The translations under genes were made by a program, and so were the position numbers. A stretch of DNA of 64,000 bases from a virus. The stretch is taken from IMG/VR virus record IMGVR_UViG_3300023284_001411, positions 11,453 to 75,452 of that record; one strand, given 5' to 3'. Shown here one piece after another: positions 47,865 to 56,468 of this stretch. The notes beneath the pieces are model-generated. The model ran no database searches, was not told the origin of the DNA, and was given only the letters and a program-made list of their open reading frames with translations. Position 1 is the first letter of the stretch; each line of letters opens with the position of its first letter.

Positions 47865-48167
47865 TTAGTCGTCTTTGTCAAGTAGGGCGTCCACTTTCGT
47901 CACGAGAACCCGTTGCTCGATGATGAGCTCTTGCTGGGCCATGAGCATTCGGCCCACGGCCTTCTCGAGTTTCCCCACGCTCTCGGCGTTGCTCTTAATG
48001 GCTGCCGTCGTTTCGCCGCGTTCCATGATCCATGGTGAGCGTGTCTTAACGTGCTCCATCAGTTCGGGTCGAGTGACCTTGTCCTGGCCGAAGACCATCC
48101 AGCTGGCCGCGCCGGTCAAAAGAATAGAGGTGAGAGCGGCGACCAATATTTTGAGTAGGTCTTTCAT
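47865..48167 (-). CDS. Membrane protein (holin-like candidate)
   Basis: N-terminal TM plus coiled-coil; located after tail module. Confidence 0.4.
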   Translation of the reverse strand: MKDLLKILVAALTSILLTGAASWMVFGQDKVTRPELMEHVKTRSPWIMERGETTAAIKSNAESVGKLEKAVGRMLMAQQELIIEQRVLVTKVDALLDKDD

Positions 48168-48191
48168 GCCACGTTCCTATCATACCACCGA

Positions 48192-51176
48192 TCAGGTCGT
48201 GAGTATAGCGTAAGCTTCAACAGAACTTGTGGGAGCGCTGACTTGCAGAAATGTCTCGGACACGGAGCCGCCCGACTGGGTATGGCGAACTTTAATTGTA
48301 TCGCCCGACATGACCCCTGTCAAGGTGCCAGTGGTAGCGGTGGCGGCGATGATGGTGTTGAAGCCGAGCGCGTTGATCTCGGCCTCGACGATGCCCGTCG
48401 CGAACGCCGTCCCAATTTCAAAGGGGTAGCTTCCAGTATCCGGCGCCGAATAAGTAGAGGAGGCGACATTAGGCGCCAAATTACCATAATTTGTGTCATT
48501 GTCAAGGGTCGAGGCGTCCAGGTTGAACTCGTGGCGCAGGTCCTCCGTTGCCGAGCGGACTATGCTCTCGAACGTGTGACGAGTGCCGACCTTGACCGCC
48601 ACCCGGGTTGGGATGACGCCTGCGGTGTTGCGGAGGATCAGCGTCCGGGAGAGGAAGATGTTTTTCGTGTTGGCGAATGCCGCCGTAAAGAGGGAGGTCG
48701 GCGAGCCATCGGGATCGTCGATGATCTCCGCGTCGTACTCCGTCGTGTTCACCGCCGGGAATGTCGGGTTGAGTGTGGCCGCGTCGGTCTGTATGGATGA
48801 CGTTTCGTCCCCGGTCCGGAAGTCCTTCCGGATGAACTCCACCTCGAAGCCCCGGTCGTCCAGCCCTGAGCCGCCGGCCTTCAGGGTGTCGATGTCGGCG
48901 GAAGTGTCGTAGAGGACTGTATTTATCTTCATCTGCGCGGGTGGGTAGGGTAGCCGCTCGCGGTTTGCCATGGTGATCTGGACCGTGATCGCGTCCCCCT
49001 CCAGCACTACATCCGTCCGGCTCTCGGATCGTACCTGTACATCCACAACGTTGGGCTGGGGAATGGTGCCCAGGCTCAGCCCGCCGTTGATGAAGATCAG
49101 ATAGACCGATGCGTCGATGGCGTGGTCCTTGGGCGTGGTGTCCAGGAGCCCGCGCCAGCAATTCGTCAGGTCGATATGGGTCGTCTGGTCCGTGAAACCC
49201 TCAAAGGCGATAAACTCGTCGTCGATTAGGATCAGATTCGTGAGGTTCTGCCCAATGTCGCTCGCCTCGGGGGTTTCGGACATACTCAGGAGCATGCTCG
49301 CCACCGTGTCTTCGCCCGGGTCCACCCCCACCGTCGCGGTCCCCGCTTGGTCGCCGGAGGTCAGAGCTGCCCGAAGGTCCCCGATCTTGAAGAAGCCCGG
49401 GACGTCGCCCTCGTTTGTGAACGCACCCGCGGGCGTCGTTGGGTGGTTTCGCTGGTAGATCGTGAAGGTGATGGCCTGGGCCTCCTGAGCGCGGCCTCCA
49501 CACCAGATACGGTCGCCCACACCCGGGTTATCCTCATCGCGGTTGACGAAGGCTTTAGGCGCTTCGATGATCACCGACTGCACCGCGGGGATGGCCGTGA
49601 CGTCCTGGACCGGAGGTAACCAAAGCGTGTCATCCGGTTCTCCCGAGAACGGGAGGGCGAAGACAAAGACATCCTCAATCAGCTGTAGCTGGATCTTCCC
49701 ATCGGTGAGTGTTCCGAAGTCGATCCGGGCAACCCGCATGGGTTGCTTTGTAAAGCCCAGGGTAGCGTCGGTCCACGCCACGACGTCGGCTGGCTTTATC
49801 TGCCAGAGGCTGCGGTCTACCGTGATGTTAGCCTTGGCCAAGGGGCGGCTAATCATCTTTATGGTCCGGGAGGCGATGTTATTGGCCAGGGTTTTGTCCT
49901 TCACTCCCGGGTATTTCTCGGTAACTGCCACGAGTCGCCCGCCCTGGATCCTCTGGTTCGCCAGGTTTTGCGACTGAGCAAATGTGCCAAAATAGTCACG
50001 GTCGCGGTCCACAAACTGGACCCTGACCTGATTGGCCGTCTCCGACCACGTCCCTCGGGAGAAGTCATTGACGCTGATGATGTTCGCGGAGGTTATCTGG
50101 GGGATTGTGTCGATGTCGTACCCACCTCGAGCGAGGTTGATCTTCAACTTCCCGGTTTCATGGTCCAGGAAGAGTACCCCATCGATCTGTCGCTCAACTT
50201 CCTGAAGGAAGTCCACGGCCTCCAAGGCGCGGTCGAGGATCATCGAGAAACCATTGCCCTCGGTAAAGAGAGTCGCCGCCGCGGCCTGGAAGTTGACCAA
50301 ATCAATGTCCGTGGCCGGGAAGCCCAGGCCCCAGTCATTGTCCGTTAGAACCTCGTAGATCACCTCCATTGGGTTGGAGTCCCCGCCCGAGCCGATGGCG
50401 CCGCCGATGATGTGCGTGTCGCTGGGTAAGCTGAGGTTGTCGGGGAACCGTTGGAGCTCGAATTTCCACGGCTTGATCTGGGTAGAGTTACCGATGTACC
50501 CGCCCTCGAAAACCGCGTAGCACGTCCCGCGGTAGGCCGGCTGCGGGGTCTGGAAAGTCGAGAGATAGGTATCCACCAGCTGGGTCTCATTGCCAGGATG
50601 GACGCGCAGGTCGCCCTCTATGCCGCCTGTTCCGAACTTGTCGCCACCGAAGAAGTCCGGTTTAACGATGGAGACATCAGCATCGTCCACGACGAAAAGG
50701 GCCTTGAGGGTTCCATCTCCGACCCAGATCGTGGTCATGGCGTCGATGATGCCGCGGCACAGCGCGAACTGGATACCGACGAAGTATTGGAAACCGATGG
50801 TGATTCTTTTAGAGGAGAACAGCCCGGTCTTGACCTTCTCCTTGATGGGGACCTGCCGAAGGTCGCCCCACCAGACGATGTTTGGCCCTTCCATTTTGAC
50901 GGTACCCCAGATGAGCGGGACCACGCGGCCCTCGATGGCGGTGGGAAACTTGAAGTCGCCCTCCCCCGCTGGGCGAGCGTCCTCGATGTCAGGCTTCGGC
51001 CGCAGCAGCTCTGCGAGTATTGTTAGAGTCGCAGAGAGAAGGAGCCCGATGACGATGATGACTGCTATCCCAACCGCGTGAATCTCGTTGGCTGATGTCG
51101 GATCTTTATGTGGTGCCAGTAGGGCGACCGTGAGGAGTGTGTTTTGCCAGGTAATCGATGAACGAGTAAAAGTCAT
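48192..51176 (-). CDS. Central tail / baseplate hub protein
   Basis: PTAIEGRVVPLIWGTV..GPN, PAYRG, phage tail_3-like core. Confidence 0.85.
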   Translation of the reverse strand: MTFTRSSITWQNTLLTVALLAPHKDPTSANEIHAVGIAVIIVIGLLLSATLTILAELLRPKPDIEDARPAGEGDFKFPTAIEGRVVPLIWGTVKMEGPNIVWWGDLRQVPIKEKVKTGLFSSKRITIGFQYFVGIQFALCRGIIDAMTTIWVGDGTLKALFVVDDADVSIVKPDFFGGDKFGTGGIEGDLRVHPGNETQLVDTYLSTFQTPQPAYRGTCYAVFEGGYIGNSTQIKPWKFELQRFPDNLSLPSDTHIIGGAIGSGGDSNPMEVIYEVLTDNDWGLGFPATDIDLVNFQAAAATLFTEGNGFSMILDRALEAVDFLQEVERQIDGVLFLDHETGKLKINLARGGYDIDTIPQITSANIISVNDFSRGTWSETANQVRVQFVDRDRDYFGTFAQSQNLANQRIQGGRLVAVTEKYPGVKDKTLANNIASRTIKMISRPLAKANITVDRSLWQIKPADVVAWTDATLGFTKQPMRVARIDFGTLTDGKIQLQLIEDVFVFALPFSGEPDDTLWLPPVQDVTAIPAVQSVIIEAPKAFVNRDEDNPGVGDRIWCGGRAQEAQAITFTIYQRNHPTTPAGAFTNEGDVPGFFKIGDLRAALTSGDQAGTATVGVDPGEDTVASMLLSMSETPEASDIGQNLTNLILIDDEFIAFEGFTDQTTHIDLTNCWRGLLDTTPKDHAIDASVYLIFINGGLSLGTIPQPNVVDVQVRSESRTDVVLEGDAITVQITMANRERLPYPPAQMKINTVLYDTSADIDTLKAGGSGLDDRGFEVEFIRKDFRTGDETSSIQTDAATLNPTFPAVNTTEYDAEIIDDPDGSPTSLFTAAFANTKNIFLSRTLILRNTAGVIPTRVAVKVGTRHTFESIVRSATEDLRHEFNLDASTLDNDTNYGNLAPNVASSTYSAPDTGSYPFEIGTAFATGIVEAEINALGFNTIIAATATTGTLTGVMSGDTIKVRHTQSGGSVSETFLQVSAPTSSVEAYAILTT

Positions 51177-51182
51177 AAGTTC

Positions 51183-52016
51183 TTAGTCCAAGCCAGTTTC
51201 AAAGATGTTCTTCGTTGAAACATAGGGGAAGCCGCCAAAGTTGATGCCGTTTGCGAATTTGTTGACGCAGTCGAGCTGTATTCGAAGCTTGCATCCGGCC
51301 AGGCATCGTACCGTTTGGCTCAGCGGACTCAGGATGAAAGGTAGATGGATGGTGAGGTCGTTATTACCCGCCCCACCCTGGGCGATAACCATTCGGAAAT
51401 CACTATCGAACGCAATGAACCCTTGCTCGAAGAAGTCGGAGCCGAAGGATCCGGCGGTGTCTACTGTCAGGACTGTCTTATCGGCGCTGACTGCAGAGAC
51501 GTTCAGGAACTTTTCAAAGCTCGCATCGTTCTCCGAAATCTTGCACCGTGCGTCATAGAGCATGTGGTTACACAGATTGGAGTAAACGAAGCGGGGGATG
51601 ATGCGGCTGCGTGCCGTTGTGATCGGCGCCACCTTCATATTCACTTCCCGGTTGTTGTTGGTGAATGCAACCGTTTGAACGTCCCCCTTGAAGATCACCA
51701 CTGTCTCTTTAGCGAGGTCGTTTCTGTGGGTTCGATACACCGTCAGGGTCGACAGCACACCCGGGACCGCCGTGAGGTACTTGGCCACAAACGTATTGTT
51801 CGATGGTACCTTGACCTCGAGTTGGTCCGAGGTCTTTTCCCCCAGTTCCAGGACCAGTTTCCCGCGAGAGATGGCGGTTGCGACGAAGGTCCCGCCCAGG
51901 ATGACGACGTTGGTCTGGTTAGAGGTGAAGCGAAATTGATCGCTGCCCAAGCGGAAGTCGTAGAGCTCGATCGGCTCCCCAGACTCAGCGCTGATTTCTT
52001 GTGCGTTAAAACTCAT
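51183..52016 (-). CDS. Tail protein, DUF2163/BR0599 family
   Basis: PIELYDF, CNHMLYDARC, GC...C..KF.N..NFGGFP. Confidence 0.85.
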   Translation of the reverse strand: MSFNAQEISAESGEPIELYDFRLGSDQFRFTSNQTNVVILGGTFVATAISRGKLVLELGEKTSDQLEVKVPSNNTFVAKYLTAVPGVLSTLTVYRTHRNDLAKETVVIFKGDVQTVAFTNNNREVNMKVAPITTARSRIIPRFVYSNLCNHMLYDARCKISENDASFEKFLNVSAVSADKTVLTVDTAGSFGSDFFEQGFIAFDSDFRMVIAQGGAGNNDLTIHLPFILSPLSQTVRCLAGCKLRIQLDCVNKFANGINFGGFPYVSTKNIFETGLD

Positions 52017-53743
52017 TCCAGCACCGCCACGACAGGGACTCGAACTGTCGCATCTCCTATTCCGCTGGTGTGAGTGATGGTCACGTCGTCGCTGTCCATC
52101 CGCACCTCCTCGATGAACTCCACCCGGGTAAAGTCTGCCAGCGCGACATCGGTCCCCCAGGTAGAGTCTACCGTCAGGGTCTCCTCCGTGGGGCTGTTCT
52201 CGATGGAGGTCGTCACCGTGCGGATGATCTTGGTCCCGTCGTTCTTGATCACTTGGATGATGTTCCGGGGCTGTTGGTTCTTGATGAAGACCGTATAGCC
52301 AAAGTTCTCTACCTTGATCGTCTGACTGCCGGACGTAATGCCGGCCGTCGGCGTCATCTCCGGGAAGAAGGACGGGATATAAAAGGACGTCTGCTTCCCG
52401 CTGAGGGCGTGCAGGAGTTGGCGCACCTCCCAGAGTCGCTGGCGAGAATTACAGAAGAAAGTCTTTGCGAACCCGCGCTTTGTCACGGGGTCATCCGTGA
52501 AGGTCTCGAAGAGGCCCACCTCATTGTCGATTACCGTAGTCTTCCGCGTCCAGGACTCGCTCAAAGTGCCCGCGATAGGGTTAGCCTCGTCAAGGAGCAC
52601 CTTGGAGTTGAACGTGGGGAAGGCCGCGGTGCTCCCCTGGTCCACGTCGTTGTCGAGGACCTGGAACTGAATCCGCATCTGGCTGAGGTTTACCGGGAAC
52701 TTCTCCGACCGGTTTGATTCACGTGCGAAGGCAATCCGCACCGGCATGACCCGCGTTCCGATGACAAATGGTTTGGTTAGAATCGAGGTGAATGTGATGG
52801 TGGTTGAGGTGAGAGAGTCAACTTCCAGGGCTTCGAAGGTCGTGGAGTCGCTCCAAATTATAGCCAAACTCCCGACCCGAAAATCCCCGAAATCCGTTGT
52901 GTCCACGGTGATAGTCAAGTCAGAAATTGACGCCGCCTGGGTGAGGACCGAGGGCTCGAACCATAGCGGCACTCCAAAGGAGCCGGCCTGGGAGTCGAAG
53001 AGGATGGCCTCCAGAGCTTGACGATCAAACCCGGAGACCTCGAACGTCAGGTCGAAGAGCTGCCGCGGGACCTCCCGCAGCTTGATCCGTTGCTCGGTAC
53101 CGACGGCGTGCCTGAGCACGTCGGTCTTCGAGCGGATTCGCTCGCGGAGGGGAATGACCGGCTCGTAGGGGAGGATGACCCCCCGCTGGGCCGTGACCAG
53201 GACCGTCTGCAGCCCGGTGTCGAACGTGAAATCCAGCGTTCCGTTCACGGACGGAGGGCCGTCTTCCGACACGTCCACTGTCAACGCAAGCCCTGTTTGG
53301 GCCAGGATATTGGCTGGCAGCCCGGGAAGCCCGTTGACCGTCACCCCGGCCCCGGCATTGCTGACGAAAGTATTAAGGGCTCGCGTCGTCGATCGGAAGG
53401 CATTATAAATGTTCAGTTTTTTGGTCTCGAGCGCAAGAACCAGGCCGTATGCCAAGATAGATGGGCTGACGATGATCTGCTCGAAGAAGTCATCTTGCGG
53501 CATGGTCGCGATGGCGCCCGAGAAAGTGTCCATGGCCGCCGGAGTCGGAGTCCCTGCGGCCTGGGTACCGGAGATGAAGTTGTCCCCGAGTATCTCCGCG
53601 AGGTTCCCCTCCGCTGGATCCTCTATCTGCCACTGCGGAGGGCCGTTTATTCCCTGGTCGCCCGGGTTGTTCAGACGGTTACCGTTCTCCGTCTGATCAC
53701 TGATGAACATGGCCCCATCAAGGAAGCCGCTATAATTGGCCAT
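52013..53743 (-). CDS. Distal tail/tail assembly protein
   Basis: TEQRIKLREVPRQ, FGVPLW motifs; tail context. Confidence 0.7.
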   Translation of the reverse strand: MANYSGFLDGAMFISDQTENGNRLNNPGDQGINGPPQWQIEDPAEGNLAEILGDNFISGTQAAGTPTPAAMDTFSGAIATMPQDDFFEQIIVSPSILAYGLVLALETKKLNIYNAFRSTTRALNTFVSNAGAGVTVNGLPGLPANILAQTGLALTVDVSEDGPPSVNGTLDFTFDTGLQTVLVTAQRGVILPYEPVIPLRERIRSKTDVLRHAVGTEQRIKLREVPRQLFDLTFEVSGFDRQALEAILFDSQAGSFGVPLWFEPSVLTQAASISDLTITVDTTDFGDFRVGSLAIIWSDSTTFEALEVDSLTSTTITFTSILTKPFVIGTRVMPVRIAFARESNRSEKFPVNLSQMRIQFQVLDNDVDQGSTAAFPTFNSKVLLDEANPIAGTLSESWTRKTTVIDNEVGLFETFTDDPVTKRGFAKTFFCNSRQRLWEVRQLLHALSGKQTSFYIPSFFPEMTPTAGITSGSQTIKVENFGYTVFIKNQQPRNIIQVIKNDGTKIIRTVTTSIENSPTEETLTVDSTWGTDVALADFTRVEFIEEVRMDSDDVTITHTSGIGDATVRVPVVAVLE

Positions 53744-53745
53744 GG

Positions 53746-54714
53746 TTAGAGTTTTTTATATGCAATACCCATGTTCTTGCTCTCTTCCTGTCCGCCGGCA
53801 TTCGCCTTACGGGTCATCGGGTACACCTTCCAGGTATCAGAGCCCACGGTGAACTCCTCTTGAGGTTCGAGGTTAAAGATGTTCATCATGCGGATGTCTT
53901 TCATGGTACCCAGGAGGCGCCACTGCTCCGGGCTCGGGGTCGTGTGCCGGTAGAATAGTTGGACCGGGATCATCGGGATGAAGCCGTTGGAGACGTTGGC
54001 CCGTAGCCAGATCGCCATGTTGCTGAGAAATCCGTCCCGGGAGGTCCCTACGATTGCAACCCGCGCATTGCCCGCTGTGTCGGTTCCGGTGGTTGCCGTG
54101 GACCCACTCCAATTGATTCCCCACTTGCTCGCCCCGGGCTGATCGTTTAGGCCCTCGACGTGCAGGGTCGCTGATTCGTTGTTCGTGTCGTCGTGTATCG
54201 AGTCGAAGAGAATGGTATGACGATCGTCTGTAATGCTGGCCTGTCCACTGGCCAACCAGTGATGGCCGTAGGCGTACTCGCCACCGGTCCAGGTCCCTAT
54301 CTTGGTGATGGTGCCGAATCCGAAGTGGCGATAGAGGCCAGGAGCGTACTCGAGGATGCAATGGATGTAGGTTCCGGTGGTGGAGTCCGTGTGCATAAAG
54401 AGGTTTGTGAACGGCCCGGCGCCGATATTGTCCACTCGTCGCTCGCTCGTGAATGGTGTACTGACCTTCCCGTTTCCGGAGTCGTCCGTCTGCGTCCCTG
54501 GGCCAGCGCCACCCGAGAAGCCCAGAGAGTGATGGACGGAGATGTTATCATCATCGTGCTGGAACTGTACGAAGACATTCCCGCGACTGAGCTCAAGTTC
54601 ATTGTTCCCGAGGTCGATGCTGTCCTGTGTCCATCCGTTTGTCGTCGCAAAGGAGCTCAGGTCGGTAAAGAGTGCGTCAATAGATGCTGGGGTGGTTACT
54701 TGAAAGAGAGCCAT
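53746..54714 (-). CDS. Virion structural protein
   Basis: YuA-like post-tape-measure protein (FATTNGW, YRHFGFG). Confidence 0.65.
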   Translation of the reverse strand: MALFQVTTPASIDALFTDLSSFATTNGWTQDSIDLGNNELELSRGNVFVQFQHDDDNISVHHSLGFSGGAGPGTQTDDSGNGKVSTPFTSERRVDNIGAGPFTNLFMHTDSTTGTYIHCILEYAPGLYRHFGFGTITKIGTWTGGEYAYGHHWLASGQASITDDRHTILFDSIHDDTNNESATLHVEGLNDQPGASKWGINWSGSTATTGTDTAGNARVAIVGTSRDGFLSNMAIWLRANVSNGFIPMIPVQLFYRHTTPSPEQWRLLGTMKDIRMMNIFNLEPQEEFTVGSDTWKVYPMTRKANAGGQEESKNMGIAYKKL

Positions 54715-54715
54715 T

Positions 54716-56467
54716 CTACTCCTGTTTTATACAGAGATGCGCCCACTTGTCGGAGCGGTTGCAGTTCTGGAACACGTTGTAAACGTCGGCGCCGATGGTG
54801 ATTGTGTCTTCAGAGACGATGGTCGCGGCTTCGGTGAGCGCACTCACCCAGTAGACATTATCGAGTTCGCCGAGCGCCTGTTGAACCGGGGTGATTTCAA
54901 TGATGAACGTGGGCCAAAGCACTGTCAGGAAAGTTGCGGCCTCGGTTTGATGGATGTCAATGGTGTTGGTCCCCGGGCTTCCCGACTGGGGTATCACGTC
55001 GTTGATGTTGATGTCGTCCAGATACCTATCTGTCGAAGGGATTTCGGTCGTGATCTGCTGAGACCCGCCTGGGAAGCAACTGACCCCAAGTCTGTTAGCA
55101 GTACGCGCTCCCCCTACTGCGAAGCTGTTCTGGATCGTTTTCCACGAGCCACCAGGATCGCGGATGAGATGTGGCCCGTCAACTCCCGAAGCGCCTTCCG
55201 CAATGGGGTCCACCAACCCAGACATGCCGATGCCCGAGTCGCTGAAAAGTTTAGTATGAAGGGCACTACAGCCGCCCACGAGGAGCGGGTAGGGGTACTC
55301 TGCCGCCGTTCCGAACCGATTGACGAAGCCGAGGTACATGTTTGTAAACGTGGTTCCCATCTTGAAGACGCAGATGATGCGGCTGCCCGTGACGTGGAAC
55401 CAGTGGTCGATCGTCGAGTTCCGCAAGGGCACATAGGCCCCGTCTTCTGAGAGGGTGTGTCGCCCGGGTGTACTGATGCCCGGCATGTTGACCCAGGGGC
55501 TCGTCGCCTGGTAGCCGGTGAACCCCGCGAGCTCCCAATTCCGGGCCGACCCATTCGTGAAAGACCGCATGCCTACGAAGATCTGATCGGAGCCGGTGCC
55601 CTCGCCCTCAAAGATCATGTCCTTCTCCGTGGTCGAGCCCGCCGCCTGGTAGGTGACTGTCAAAGTGGCACCCGTCCCGGTGCCGCCGGTCGTTGTCGCG
55701 GGGTTAGTGGCCGTCTCCCCGTAGTCCCCGGCCGTGAGGAGGCCCAGGAGTTCCACGGTGCCATAGGTCATGGTTGCCGTTGCGTTTATCCCTGTCCCGC
55801 CTGACAGCGAGACCGGGTTTCCGGGTAGGACGGAGTATGACCCTTGGGCGATGATCGATAGGGCCGTGACTCCTCCACCGCCATCGATAGAGTCCACATT
55901 TAAGGTGGTGACCACAGAGGACGTCCCGCCCGAGACCGTGAGGGTGTCTGAGACCGTGTAGCCGGAGCCAGCGGCCGCGACCGCCGCGGACTGGGCTCCA
56001 ACCTCATCCACGTTGAAAACTGCCGCTGTGCCCTCGTCTACGGCGTCTCCCGTGACCAGGGTGAGGTCGTCCCCGATCGTGTAGCCCGTACCCTCGGCCG
56101 CTTCGACCGCGGAGAGGGCCTCGAAGGTCTGCCGTTTGAGGGTCCAGGTCGCGGTCTCGAAGGTCAGGTTCAGTGTACAATCGTCGTTCCCGCCACCAAG
56201 CGTCGAGACCGGGTTCCCGGGATTGGAGGTATAGCCGCCCGAAAGGATGATCTTGACGGTATCCACCGCCCCACCGGTCACCCCGGTGACCTCGACCGTG
56301 GCCGCTTTGTGAAATGTTCCTCCCTGTACTGTGAGGATATCCCCCAAAGTGTAAGTTGTTCCAGCCGCGGCCACTATTGCAGTAATAACGTGGTTCGACG
56401 TGAGGAAGTCCCGGAGGTCCTCCAGGAGGGTGATGTGAGTTGTCGACGTTCCCTTTTGAAATGCCAT
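54716..56467 (-). CDS. Virion structural protein with internal Gly/Thr repeats
   Basis: Three A.G.GY/T..GD.LT repeats; EYPYPLLVGG core. Confidence 0.65.
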   Translation of the reverse strand: MAFQKGTSTTHITLLEDLRDFLTSNHVITAIVAAAGTTYTLGDILTVQGGTFHKAATVEVTGVTGGAVDTVKIILSGGYTSNPGNPVSTLGGGNDDCTLNLTFETATWTLKRQTFEALSAVEAAEGTGYTIGDDLTLVTGDAVDEGTAAVFNVDEVGAQSAAVAAAGSGYTVSDTLTVSGGTSSVVTTLNVDSIDGGGGVTALSIIAQGSYSVLPGNPVSLSGGTGINATATMTYGTVELLGLLTAGDYGETATNPATTTGGTGTGATLTVTYQAAGSTTEKDMIFEGEGTGSDQIFVGMRSFTNGSARNWELAGFTGYQATSPWVNMPGISTPGRHTLSEDGAYVPLRNSTIDHWFHVTGSRIICVFKMGTTFTNMYLGFVNRFGTAAEYPYPLLVGGCSALHTKLFSDSGIGMSGLVDPIAEGASGVDGPHLIRDPGGSWKTIQNSFAVGGARTANRLGVSCFPGGSQQITTEIPSTDRYLDDININDVIPQSGSPGTNTIDIHQTEAATFLTVLWPTFIIEITPVQQALGELDNVYWVSALTEAATIVSEDTITIGADVYNVFQNCNRSDKWAHLCIKQE

Positions 56468-56468
56468 G

